From contig QZIT01000005.1 in assembly GCA_003599145.1 (NCBI GenBank), forward strand, positions 320,330-384,329: DNA of 64,000 bases, in the 5' to 3' direction. The translations under genes were made by a program, and so were the position numbers. Positions 24,375 to 33,597 of the stretch are shown in pieces. The notes below the pieces were generated by a model. That model searched no databases, was not told where the DNA came from, and was given only the letters and a program-made list of their open reading frames with translations. How positions within the stretch are numbered: the stretch's first letter is position 1; each line of letters opens with the position of its first letter. Source of the DNA: Candidatus Woesearchaeota archaeon. GTDB lineage: Archaea; Nanobdellota; Nanobdellia; Woesearchaeales; UBA9642.

Positions 24375-25577
24375 ATGCTGAAAAAAGGTTCTGTCCTCAT
24401 GAGTTTATCTAGAATTATGAGACAAGCAATCGTGCTTCCTTTAGTGCTTTCTTCTGTTGCTGCTGCAAGCCCTAAGTACATCTATCAGAATCACGGTCAA
24501 ACAACAGACTTGGAAATCAGGGGCTCTTTACAGCCAGAATCCTTTGACCATAATTCTGCAGGAGCCATTGTACAAACCTATAGGGGAAGAGCAGCGTTAG
24601 GTATTCTCGATATCAGCGAAGAAGAAAGAACTCGCTTGATTGGAGCAAGATTATTTCCTTTTGATTATTTCAACAACGCATGGCGAGATTTTCTTGAAAT
24701 ACAGCCTGTCTGGACAGACCACACGGATTTTAAAGAAACAGAAATAGGCAAAGGCCTTTATGCAACGATAAGGCATTATTTTGGAGACCATTATTTAAAA
24801 GTAAAAGTTGGTGCAGAGCAATGGCGAACTGATGAAAAACAGCAGAATATCCATGGCTATGCACGTTTTGGCATAACTTCTGACGTCGATGTCATGGCAT
24901 CAGCTGCAAAATATGAAGAAAACAGCCCGATAGGGTATGGGGTCATGCATTACCTTCCTCATAATCTTGAAGTCATGGCAACAGGCGTTCGTATGAATGA
25001 CAGCAAGGAAAAAGAATATGCAAAGGAGTTTACCATGACGGTAGGCATTGCAAGGCATGCAGACTACAGAAAAGAAAAATATCCGACAGGGTTTTTAGTC
25101 TGGAGAACAAATGAGCAGAGTGATTTTGTTTTTTGGGGTTTGTATCAGGGAAACAGCCAACTGGTAAAGCCCGCTACCGTTGGAATAATGGAAGGCATGT
25201 TTTACAGCGCTCCATTAATTTCGGACTTGAGAAATTTGCGTCAGTTTAATGATTTCGGAGTTTTTTCAAATGACTATGAAAATGCAACCTGGAGTTTTCA
25301 GGGAGCATATTTAGATCAAGCAATTATCCCGCAAACAGACGTAAAAGTTGGCTTTATCGATGGTGAAGTGTATTACTCTCCAAAGAACTTTTTTGTTCAT
25401 GGCGAACTTACCCGAGAAGTGTTTCCTGATTTTAGAAATATGAGCCATACCATTGATTGGTATGGAAAAATAGGAGCAGGAGCAAAATTATCTCCCATAA
25501 CACCGCAGGCAAGCATAACGCTAGGCAATGAACAGACAGGAACAGAAGGCAAGTTTGCTTTTAATATTAAATTATAA
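24375..25577 (+). CDS. secreted beta-rich protein, unknown function
   Basis: A signal-peptide-like segment 'MSLSRIMRQAIVLPLVLSSVAAASP' follows a possible start at 24399. The protein ends in an amphipathic strand '...KFAFNIKL'. Confidence 0.45.
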   Translation: MLKKGSVLMSLSRIMRQAIVLPLVLSSVAAASPKYIYQNHGQTTDLEIRGSLQPESFDHNSAGAIVQTYRGRAALGILDISEEERTRLIGARLFPFDYFNNAWRDFLEIQPVWTDHTDFKETEIGKGLYATIRHYFGDHYLKVKVGAEQWRTDEKQQNIHGYARFGITSDVDVMASAAKYEENSPIGYGVMHYLPHNLEVMATGVRMNDSKEKEYAKEFTMTVGIARHADYRKEKYPTGFLVWRTNEQSDFVFWGLYQGNSQLVKPATVGIMEGMFYSAPLISDLRNLRQFNDFGVFSNDYENATWSFQGAYLDQAIIPQTDVKVGFIDGEVYYSPKNFFVHGELTREVFPDFRNMSHTIDWYGKIGAGAKLSPITPQASITLGNEQTGTEGKFAFNIKL

Positions 25578-25609
25578 AAATTTATAAAGTTCGTTCTTTA
25601 CGTTATTTT

Positions 25610-27676
25610 ATGAGAATATTGTTCATTTGCATCTTTGTTGCTCTTTTTGCTACATCAGCATATGCCCTAGATTATTTTGATTATCAAACCCTCGACCTCA
25701 ACTTGAAAATTCAAAACACCATGGAGATTGAGGAAAAAGCAAGCAAATCATTTACTGATTATGTTCATGCCAATCTTTCTTATTTCCCTAGAAATGATTA
25801 TAGACAACAGGTAAAATCACTTACCACTATTCCTGCTGCAGAACAGGAAGAAACTATTAATTTTATCTGGAATAATCCCCCAAAAAGCATCATGTTTACT
25901 GTTGAAAGCAGCATTGCAACCAACGCAGAATTTAAACAGGTAAAGCAAAAAACAGCATTTCCTATAAATAATCTTGACGGAAATTTTGCCCCTTACTTAG
26001 AAGAAGGAGAAATTATCGATAGTGATCCTGACATAACCAATCTTGCTGCATCTTTGGCAGAGGGCAAAGATGACCTGTATAGTGTAGTTTTTGCTCTTGC
26101 AGACTGGACCAATACAAATATAGAATATAACTTAAGCACCAGCAATGTAGCAGCAAGCAAAAAAGCCAGCTGGGTTTTAAAAAACAGGCAGGGAGTTTGC
26201 GATGAACTAACCAGCTTGTTCATTTCCATGAACAGGGCTTTAGGAATACCTGCAAGGTTTGTCAGCGGTATTGCGTATACCAATGTTGCAAGCTTTGGAG
26301 AGCCTTGGGGAGCTCATGGATGGGCAGAAGTGTATTTTCCTAATGTAGGATGGGTTCCTTTTGATGTAACCTATGGTCAATATGGCTATGTCGATGCAGG
26401 CCATATCAAGTTAAGGGAAAGCCCTGAATCAGGCATATCATCTGTTAATTATGAATACCGCGGATACAATATTGATTTAGAAACAGGCAATCTTGATTTT
26501 CAAACAACCGTAGAAAAAACAGGAAACCCTATTGAAAAAGTGTTTGACATAGAGCTAAGCATGTACAAAAGCAGCGTCGGATTTGGCTCATACAATGTCG
26601 TTATTGCAGACATCCAGAACCTTAAAAATTACTATGTCGCTGAAGAAATATTTTTAGGCCAGACAACAAAACTCCAGCAGATTCATCCTGCAAAAAAAAA
26701 TATTCTGCTCAAACCCAATGAACGAAAAAAATTCTATTGGATTATCAAAGTGGATACTGATTTAGAGAACAGATTTACCTACACGTTTCCTGTCAAAGTC
26801 TATACTGACAGAAAAGAAGAAGCAACAACGAGCTTTACTTCAGCAAACGGCTTCGGCATGGTGCCTTATGAAGAAATTGCAAAATATCAGGAGACAGAAG
26901 TAAAGGAGCATGCAGTTTTTTCCTGTTCAGCCGACAGTACTGCAAAGCTGAATGAACCAGTTGAAATGCTCTGCACCTTTGATAAACAAAATAAGGTAGT
27001 AACGAGCATAGACATCTGTCTTGAAGGCTGCAAGCGTTATACGCTCATGCAAGAGGAAACAAGCATCACCTTCAACAAAACGTTTAACCAAACGGGATTG
27101 CAAACCATCACCATCAGCGCAAAAAACAACGAGTTTTCAAGAACAGCCTATGTTATTATTAATGTTGTTGATGAACCTTCTTTATCTGTTGAAGTTGATG
27201 TTCCTGAAAATGTTTCCTTTGATGATACGATAAATATGCTATTCAGCATCAGCAAGGATTCCTTTGCAAATCCTGAAAAGGTCAAAGTCAGCATCAAGCA
27301 CAGCATCATTCACTACAGTTGGAATTTTGATGTTCTTGATAAAAACCAGCAGATTACGTTTTCAACGCCTGCTAAAAACCTTGAAAGCGGTGAAAATAAG
27401 TTTATTTTAGATATTGTTTATGAAGATGATTTAGGAAATATCTATACAGAAAAAAAAGAATTTTCTATTACCCTTCAAGATACTCATTTTGGACAAAAGC
27501 TATACATCACAGGCAACAAAATAGGCTCAAAAATAGAACAGGCTATTATAAATCCAGAAGCACGCATGCAGTTTTTCAAAAGCCCAAAAACATGGATTGT
27601 TTTTATAGTGATTATTCTGATTTTAGTGAGTATTAAAATTATTGCAAAAATCCTTCTCAAAAAGAAAAGCATTTAA
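25610..27676 (+). CDS. transglutaminase-like (papain-fold Cys-His-Asp) domain protein, signal peptide and C-terminal TM anchor
   Basis: The core reads 'QGVCDELTSLFISMNRALGIPARFVSG...GAHGWAEVYFPNVGWVPFDVTYG', giving Cys, His and Asp. The C-terminus has the TM segment WIVFIVIILILVSIKIIA. Confidence 0.7.
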   Translation: MRILFICIFVALFATSAYALDYFDYQTLDLNLKIQNTMEIEEKASKSFTDYVHANLSYFPRNDYRQQVKSLTTIPAAEQEETINFIWNNPPKSIMFTVESSIATNAEFKQVKQKTAFPINNLDGNFAPYLEEGEIIDSDPDITNLAASLAEGKDDLYSVVFALADWTNTNIEYNLSTSNVAASKKASWVLKNRQGVCDELTSLFISMNRALGIPARFVSGIAYTNVASFGEPWGAHGWAEVYFPNVGWVPFDVTYGQYGYVDAGHIKLRESPESGISSVNYEYRGYNIDLETGNLDFQTTVEKTGNPIEKVFDIELSMYKSSVGFGSYNVVIADIQNLKNYYVAEEIFLGQTTKLQQIHPAKKNILLKPNERKKFYWIIKVDTDLENRFTYTFPVKVYTDRKEEATTSFTSANGFGMVPYEEIAKYQETEVKEHAVFSCSADSTAKLNEPVEMLCTFDKQNKVVTSIDICLEGCKRYTLMQEETSITFNKTFNQTGLQTITISAKNNEFSRTAYVIINVVDEPSLSVEVDVPENVSFDDTINMLFSISKDSFANPEKVKVSIKHSIIHYSWNFDVLDKNQQITFSTPAKNLESGENKFILDIVYEDDLGNIYTEKKEFSITLQDTHFGQKLYITGNKIGSKIEQAIINPEARMQFFKSPKTWIVFIVIILILVSIKIIAKILLKKKSI

Positions 27677-27710
27677 CAACATTTAAATAATTGGGTTTTT
27701 TTCTCATACT

Positions 27711-29522
27711 ATGAAAATAGTGCCTGATACCAGCGTCATCATTGAAGGAGTGCTGTCAAAAAGAATAGAGCATAAGGAGCTCAAATGCACTGAACTGCTT
27801 ATTCATGAAGCTGTTCTTGCAGAGCTTGAGCATCAGGCAAATAAAAACAGGGAAACAGGTTTTTTAGGGCTTGATGAGATTAAAAAGCTAAGGGAATTGA
27901 GCGAAAAGGGCAAATTTACCTTGACATTTGTTGGCAATCTTCCCAGCAGTGAAGCCATTGCAAATGCAAAAAGAGGCAATATTGACGCATTAATCAGAAA
28001 TCTTGCTTTTGAACAAAAGGCAATGTTAGTAACCGCTGATAAAGTTCAGGCATTGGTTGCAGAATCAAAAGCAATCACTGTTTTATTGATAGAAATAGAA
28101 TCTGTAGAAAAAGCACTGCAGATTGAAAAGTATTTTGACCTGCAAACCATGAGTATTCATTTGAAAGAAAACTGCACTCCAAAGGCAAAAAAAGGAAAAC
28201 CAGGAGACTGGGAGTTTGTTGAAGTTTTTCCTGATGCTATTGACAGGGAAACCATGAAAGCAATGGCAAAGGAGATTGTTGAAACAGCCAATATGCGCAA
28301 AGATGGCTTTGTTGAAATGGAAAGAAAAGGCTCAACTATTGTGCAATTGGGAAATTTCAGGATTGTCATTACTAAACCGCCTTTAGCAGATGGCTATGAA
28401 ATAACCGCAGTAAGGCCTGTAAAGAAGCTTTCCATGGAAGAATATGAAATAAGTGAAAAATTAAAAACAAGAATAGCAAAGCAGGCAGAAGGCGTTTTAA
28501 TCAGTGGAGCTCCCGGCATGGGAAAAAGCACATTTGTGCAGGCGTTGGCAGAATTCTATTATGAGCAAAATAAAATTATCAAAACAATAGAAGCTCCAAG
28601 AGATTTGGTTTTGCCAGAAGAAATAACGCAGTATGCCATAAGCCATGGCAGCAATGAAGAAATCCATGATATTTTGCTGTTAAGCAGGCCTGACTATACC
28701 TTATTTGATGAAATGAGGAATACCTCTGATTTTAAGCTCTTTAGCGATTTGCGATTAAGCGGAGTAGGCATGGTTGGTGTTGTGCATGCAACCAATCCTA
28801 TTGACGCCATACAGCGCTTTATAGGAAGAATTGAATTGGGGGTCATCCCTCACGTTATTGATACGGTTATTTTCATAAAAAACGGAGCCATAAACAGGGT
28901 TTTTTCTGTTGATTTAAAGGTTAAAGTTCCTGCTGGCATGACAGAAGCAGATCTTGCAAGGCCTGTTGTCACGGTAAATGATTTTGAAACAGGAAAATTA
29001 GAGTTTGAAATTTACAGTTATGGAGAAGAAACCGTCGTTGTTCCTGTTAAGCAGGAATTTCAGAATCCTCTAAAAAACCTTGCTGAGCAGCAGATTAAAC
29101 GAGAATTTACCTACTTCGATAGCCACGCAGAAGTAGAAATGCAGGGTGATCAAAAAGTTATTGTTTATGTAAGCGATGACAAAAAGGCAAGAGTTATTGG
29201 CAGGGATGGAGAAACCATCAAAGCCATTGAAAAAAAGCTTGGGCTAAATATTGATGTAAGAACTAGGGGAGAAAGAAACAAGGCTGAAAAAAACGACAGA
29301 ACAGAAAGCATAACGTATAGCACCAAAATAAACAAGAAAAATATCATTTTCATGCTGGACAGCAACACGGCTTTTAAAGATATTGACATCTCTGTTGATG
29401 GAGAATTTTTGATGACGGTAAAAGCAAGCAAAAAGGCCATGCTCAAAATCAATCAGGGCAATAAAATAGCAAAACTCATTCTGGCCGGTCTAGAGCAAGG
29501 CAGTGTTGAGCTGAAATATTAA
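27711..29522 (+). CDS. PIN-domain / PilT-like ATPase / KH-domain protein (COG1855-type)
   Basis: The N-terminus has a PIN-like segment 'MKIVPDTSVIIEG'. Walker A is 'ISGAPGMGKST'. The C-terminus has a KH-like segment 'VIGRDGETIKAIEKKLGLNIDV'. Confidence 0.75.
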   Translation: MKIVPDTSVIIEGVLSKRIEHKELKCTELLIHEAVLAELEHQANKNRETGFLGLDEIKKLRELSEKGKFTLTFVGNLPSSEAIANAKRGNIDALIRNLAFEQKAMLVTADKVQALVAESKAITVLLIEIESVEKALQIEKYFDLQTMSIHLKENCTPKAKKGKPGDWEFVEVFPDAIDRETMKAMAKEIVETANMRKDGFVEMERKGSTIVQLGNFRIVITKPPLADGYEITAVRPVKKLSMEEYEISEKLKTRIAKQAEGVLISGAPGMGKSTFVQALAEFYYEQNKIIKTIEAPRDLVLPEEITQYAISHGSNEEIHDILLLSRPDYTLFDEMRNTSDFKLFSDLRLSGVGMVGVVHATNPIDAIQRFIGRIELGVIPHVIDTVIFIKNGAINRVFSVDLKVKVPAGMTEADLARPVVTVNDFETGKLEFEIYSYGEETVVVPVKQEFQNPLKNLAEQQIKREFTYFDSHAEVEMQGDQKVIVYVSDDKKARVIGRDGETIKAIEKKLGLNIDVRTRGERNKAEKNDRTESITYSTKINKKNIIFMLDSNTAFKDIDISVDGEFLMTVKASKKAMLKINQGNKIAKLILAGLEQGSVELKY

Positions 29523-29680
29523 GAAGCCTGAAAGATATTTCCAAAAAGATAATCTTCTTCATAACCACGAATAGTAAGATTGTTGAATCTATTAATCATG
29601 TTTTTAATGACAAACCCCTCTGTTTCCATCTTCATCCAAAGTGTAAGCTTGTTTATATACTTTTGGATTCAAAAAGAATA

Positions 29681-29693
29681 ATATTAATAAATA
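29681..29693 (+). promoter_or_regulatory. putative TATA box for leaderless serS transcript (centre ~-26 from ATG)
   Basis: atattaataaata sits about 20 nt upstream of the ATG at 29713. Confidence 0.3.
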
Positions 29694-29712
29694 CCTCCTA
29701 TTTATTGCTATC

Positions 29713-30978
29713 ATGATTGACCTTAAGCTTATCCGAGAAAATCCTGAACTAGTCAAGGAAAACATCAAAAAGAAATTCCAGAATGAAAAACTGGTTGATG
29801 AAGTTATTCAGTTTGATGAAGAATGGAGAAAACTCAAAGGGCAGGAAGATGCTTTGAGAAGCGAGAGAAATAAAATTTCTGAAGAGATTAACAAGCTGAA
29901 GAAAGAAGGAAAAGACGTATCTTCTGTTGTAAAAAAGGCAAAAGACATCCCTGTAAAGATTCAGGAATCAGAGTCTAGAAGAAAAGAGCTTGAGGAAAAA
30001 ATAAAGCAACATATGCTGAAAATTCCCAATATCATGCATGCATCTGTTCCTATAGGAAAAGATGCTTCTGAAAACGTTGAAGTGCGCAAGTGGGGAAAAC
30101 CAAAAAAGCCAAAGTTTGAACTGCTCAACCATGCAGAACTCATTGAAAATATGGGCTATGCGGATTTCGATGCAGGAAGAAGCAATGCAGGACAGGGCTT
30201 TAATTATTTAATGGGACAAATGGCATTATTGGACAATGCACTGCAAAGATATGGTGTTGACTTTCTCAGAGAAAAAGGATTTAAACTGGTTGTTCCTCCC
30301 TTAACCTTAAACTTTGAAACACTTTTGGGAGCTTTAAATGGGCTTGAAGACTTTGAGCAGGTTGTTTATAAGATAGATAATGAAGATTTGTATTTAATAG
30401 GAACAGCAGAGCATGCGCTGGTATCCTTGTTGAAGAATAAAGTTCTTCAGGAGCTGCCTATGAAATTCTGTGCCGTTACGCCTTGCTTTAGAAAAGAAAT
30501 AGGCGCCCATGGAGTTGACACTAAAGGATTATTCAGAATGCACCAGTTTAACAAAGTAGAGCAGGTTGTTTTTTCAAACCCTGAAAATTCATTTAAAATG
30601 CTTGAAGAAATGCAAAAAATAACAGAGGCGTTCATTAAAAGTTTAGGAATCCCTTACAGGGTTATTGAAATATGCAGCGGCGATTTAGGAGCTAAATTTG
30701 CAAAGCAGTATGACATCGAAGCATGGTTTCCCAGACAGGATAACTATGCAGAGATTACCTCTGCAGGAAGCTGCACTGATTTTCAGGCAAGAGCCCTGAA
30801 TATACGGTATCAAAAGGGAAACGACAAGGAATATGTGCATATTCTGAACAACACCATGGTTGCAACGTCAAGAGTCATGGTTGCCATACTGGAAAACTTT
30901 CAGCAAAAAGACGGCAGTGTCAAAGTTCCCAAAGCATTGGTAAAGTATATGGGCATAAAGAAAATCAGCCCTCAATGA
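29713..30978 (+). CDS. serS: seryl-tRNA synthetase (bacterial/canonical type)
   Basis: The N-terminal coiled-coil arm 'MIDLKLIRENPELVKENIKKKF' is followed by a class II core with motifs 'FRKE', 'RMHQFNKVEQV' and 'GSCTDFQARAL'. Confidence 0.9.
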   Translation: MIDLKLIRENPELVKENIKKKFQNEKLVDEVIQFDEEWRKLKGQEDALRSERNKISEEINKLKKEGKDVSSVVKKAKDIPVKIQESESRRKELEEKIKQHMLKIPNIMHASVPIGKDASENVEVRKWGKPKKPKFELLNHAELIENMGYADFDAGRSNAGQGFNYLMGQMALLDNALQRYGVDFLREKGFKLVVPPLTLNFETLLGALNGLEDFEQVVYKIDNEDLYLIGTAEHALVSLLKNKVLQELPMKFCAVTPCFRKEIGAHGVDTKGLFRMHQFNKVEQVVFSNPENSFKMLEEMQKITEAFIKSLGIPYRVIEICSGDLGAKFAKQYDIEAWFPRQDNYAEITSAGSCTDFQARALNIRYQKGNDKEYVHILNNTMVATSRVMVAILENFQQKDGSVKVPKALVKYMGIKKISPQ

Positions 30979-31165
30979 TGTTTTCTGTTTTAAATTCCTT
31001 TAAAAAATTTCTTTCCTTCACAAACAACAGCTCTATGCCTATAACCACCCCGTTTTTATCAAAGTCAACAAGGGTGTTTTTATCCATTTCCTTAGTGCAG
31101 TCTACGTTTCCCTCACTCAAAGTAATATAAAGAGCGTCTGCATTAGAATCGTAGCGTAGTTTCAT
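30965..31165 (-). CDS. DUF2283-family small protein
   Basis: Taking the internal ATG gives 'MKLRYDSNADALYITLSEG...EMDKNTLVDFDKNGVVIGIELL', the DUF2283 pattern. The longer track ORF 30965..31258 would overlap the upstream gene by 97 nt. With this start the overlap with the upstream DUF4258 gene is ATGA. Confidence 0.55.
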   Translation of the reverse strand: MKLRYDSNADALYITLSEGNVDCTKEMDKNTLVDFDKNGVVIGIELLFVKERNFLKEFKTENIIEG

Positions 31166-31398
31166 TTTATGAAATAAGCAGTGATTATCTTTATATATTT
31201 TTCCTTTAAATAAACAACTTTTAGCGTATAGCCATTTAATTTTTTTATAGCATAACATCTATTAGTTTCCTTGAACGTTATGTCTGGAAAGTGTATGGTT
31301 TCCTCTACCCAAATTTTTTCTATTTTGCGTTCTCGTAATTGCCGTATTGCATGATACGTATATATGAAGTTCACTAAAGTCTTTAAAGCAACAGACAA
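31162..31398 (-). CDS. DUF4258-family small protein (toxin-like partner of DUF2283)
   Basis: The 78-aa product 'MSVALKTLVNFIYTYHAIRQLRERKIEKIWVEETIHFPD...' has the DUF4258 pattern 'H...R...R.I'. The pairing with DUF2283 is common. Confidence 0.5.
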   Translation of the reverse strand: MSVALKTLVNFIYTYHAIRQLRERKIEKIWVEETIHFPDITFKETNRCYAIKKLNGYTLKVVYLKEKYIKIITAYFIK

Positions 31399-31490
31399 TA
31401 TATGCGTTAACCATCCAAAATTGAAAATATTACGGGCAATAGGAGAAATTTTGCATAATATTTATATACTCACTTCTGCAATAGTGCAGT

Positions 31491-31985
31491 ATGCTGTCCA
31501 AGTTTTTGCAGGGTTTGATGTTTGTCAATCAGTTCACTATAGATAATGGACAGGTGGATATTCTGGGAAACAAGCAATTATTGCTGCCTGTGCAGATTAT
31601 TGAATTGCTCAATGACAAAAAAGCGTATGATTTCATCAAGCAAACCGTTAAAATAGGCATGGATGAAGAAATAAGGAAAATAGGCTCTACAACGCCATTA
31701 CAGAGGTTTAACAACCTCAAGGACCTGATGAATACGTTTGGCATTGGCAATATTGATGTGACATTTATTGACTCCAAAAAGCAGAAAGCAATGATTCAGA
31801 TAAATAACAGCACCATAGCGAATTACTACATCAGCCAAAGAAAAAAAACAACGGTTCCTGTATGCGTTATAACTAAAGCAGTGCTTGCAGGCGCGTTCAG
31901 TTCGTTTTTTGGAAAGGATGTTGATTCAGAAGAAACCAAATGCATGAGTTTAGGAGAGAATTACTGCCAGTTTTCAATAAAATAA
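31491..31985 (+). CDS. V4R-domain protein, paralog 1
   Basis: The C-terminus 'PVCVITKAVLAGAFSSFFGKDVDSEETKCMSLGENYCQF' carries the V4R Cys triad. The true start may be 31518 (MFVNQ...). It aligns with the ORF at 33598. Confidence 0.55.
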   Translation: MLSKFLQGLMFVNQFTIDNGQVDILGNKQLLLPVQIIELLNDKKAYDFIKQTVKIGMDEEIRKIGSTTPLQRFNNLKDLMNTFGIGNIDVTFIDSKKQKAMIQINNSTIANYYISQRKKTTVPVCVITKAVLAGAFSSFFGKDVDSEETKCMSLGENYCQFSIK

Positions 31986-32020
31986 AAAGATTTAAATAAA
32001 ACAAAACAGGTGAAAACACT

Positions 32021-32455
32021 ATGATGACCTTAGAAGTTTCTGGAATTATGGTAAAAAACGTAGTGACCTTTACCGTGAAGGATAGTGTAGAGAAAATAGC
32101 AAAGGAAATGACCAAGAAAAATATATCTTGCGTGGTCATTATCGATAAAAAAGGCAAGCCTATTTCTGTCATTACAGAAAGGGATTTGCTGAAAAAAATT
32201 GTCAGCAAAGGCATAACCATAAAAGGATTAATTGCAAAAAACATCATGAGTGACGGCCTGATAACCGTTCAGGGCAATGAAAACGTATTCAGAGCAGCAG
32301 CTTTAATGGAAAAGAAAAAAATAAGAAGGCTGCCTGTGGTTGATAAAACGGGAAAATTAATAGGACTGGTTACTGAAACAGACATTGTCAAATCACTAAC
32401 CAATGTTGCCAAATATCTTAATGATAAACTGATAGAATATATTACTACTGCTTGA
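32021..32455 (+). CDS. CBS-domain pair protein
   Basis: Two CBS motifs are present: 'IMVKNVVTFTVKDSV...ISCVVIIDKKGKPISVITERDLL' and 'IMSDGLITVQGNENV...IRRLPVVDKTGKLIGLVTETDIV'. Confidence 0.8.
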   Translation: MMTLEVSGIMVKNVVTFTVKDSVEKIAKEMTKKNISCVVIIDKKGKPISVITERDLLKKIVSKGITIKGLIAKNIMSDGLITVQGNENVFRAAALMEKKKIRRLPVVDKTGKLIGLVTETDIVKSLTNVAKYLNDKLIEYITTA

Positions 32456-32456
32456 G

Positions 32457-33230
32457 GTGAAAATGATGCAAAGAAGTAAAACAGGAATTAAGGGTTTTGA
32501 TAAATTAGTTGAAGGAGGCTTTCCAGCAGGAACAACCATTTTGTATACAGGAACTCCGGGAACAGGAAAAACAATTTTTGCGCTGGAATATTTATACAAC
32601 GGAGCGACCATGTTCAAGGAAAAAGGGCTGTTTGTTACCTTTGAAGAAAGCAAGGAAGAAGTTTTGGAGCAGGGAAAGCAATTTGGATGGAATTTTGCAG
32701 ATTTGGAAAAGAAAGGATTGCTAAAAATCATAGCCATACCTGCAAGGGAGATTTCCAAAAACACCAGCAACGACATACTGGAAATGTGCAAGAAAGAGAA
32801 ATACAAGAGATTAGTTGTTGATTCGCTTTCGACATTGTCAGTCAATGCACCTATTTTTTCTGTTGCAGAGCATCTTTCCATCAGCGAAGTGGTCAATCAA
32901 AGCACGGTATTCAGCCCGCCTGTTGTAGGAGATTTGATGGTAAAAAGGTTTATTTACGGGTTTATCGATGACTTAAGGCAGATTAATGGGATAACTACCT
33001 TGCTGATAAGCGAAAACAGCATCCATTCAGACTTTTTATCCAGAGATACTGTCTCAGAATTTTTATGCGATGGCGTTATTGTAGTCACGTTTGAAAGTTT
33101 GGGCGGAGCTTACTCAAGATCATTGTTAGTAAGGAAAATGCGACAGACCAAAAACGATGAAGACATTCATCCCTTGGAAATAAACAAGGATGGAGTCATT
33201 ATCCACGACATTGATGAGAAAGGAAAATAA
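32457..33230 (+). CDS. single-domain KaiC/RadA-like ATPase
   Basis: 'GIKGFDKLVEGGFPAGTTILYTGTPGTGKT' (Walker A) and 'LVVDSLS' (Walker B) are present. The start is 1 nt after the CBS gene stop and is preceded by GAGGTGA. Confidence 0.8.
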   Translation: MKMMQRSKTGIKGFDKLVEGGFPAGTTILYTGTPGTGKTIFALEYLYNGATMFKEKGLFVTFEESKEEVLEQGKQFGWNFADLEKKGLLKIIAIPAREISKNTSNDILEMCKKEKYKRLVVDSLSTLSVNAPIFSVAEHLSISEVVNQSTVFSPPVVGDLMVKRFIYGFIDDLRQINGITTLLISENSIHSDFLSRDTVSEFLCDGVIVVTFESLGGAYSRSLLVRKMRQTKNDEDIHPLEINKDGVIIHDIDEKGK

Positions 33231-33548
33231 TTACGGTTGAATGAGCTGTGCATAGTGGCTAAACTCTGGCGATTCTTGGGTATACACATATGCATTAAAA
33301 TCAGGGCCCAACATGCCGATGGGCGGACTCCAATAGGTAACCATTATTTTTTGCGGAGTAGGTTTGCCTTCAAAGAACGCGCCTGTGGTATATGTAGTGA
33401 AATCAGTCGTATCTTTTACTACAACATCTGCAGACTGCACTTGCTGTTCGAGATTATTGATACTTTGAATTGATTTTCCTATGCATGCTGCCGCAATAAC
33501 AGACACTGAAACTATTGCTAAAATTGTTCTAGTTGTTTCTTTCATCAA
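33231..33548 (-). CDS. small secreted hypothetical protein (105 aa)
   Basis: The signal-peptide-like N-terminus is 'MMKETTRTILAIVSVSVIAAACIGKS'. It sits on the opposite strand between cluster genes. Confidence 0.4.
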   Translation of the reverse strand: MMKETTRTILAIVSVSVIAAACIGKSIQSINNLEQQVQSADVVVKDTTDFTTYTTGAFFEGKPTPQKIMVTYWSPPIGMLGPDFNAYVYTQESPEFSHYAQLIQP

Positions 33549-33597
33549 TTGCAGAAAGTGATTTGTGTTTTTAAAGGTTTGGTTAAAGAAATAATAT

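Noticed and set aside
29523-29639. 38-aa minus-strand ORF (MKMETEGFVIKNMINRFNNLTIRGYEEDYLFGNIFQAS) in the serS upstream gap
   Set aside because: There is no SD or TATA in a suitable position and no recognisable motif. It overlaps the probable serS promoter, so it is probably spurious, though I cannot exclude it.
31166-31258. N-terminal 31-codon extension of the DUF2283-like ORF (track start 31258)
   Set aside because: It would overlap the upstream DUF4258 gene by 97 nt and adds a Cys/Lys-rich segment unlike the family. The internal ATG gives an ATGA-coupled, canonical-length protein.
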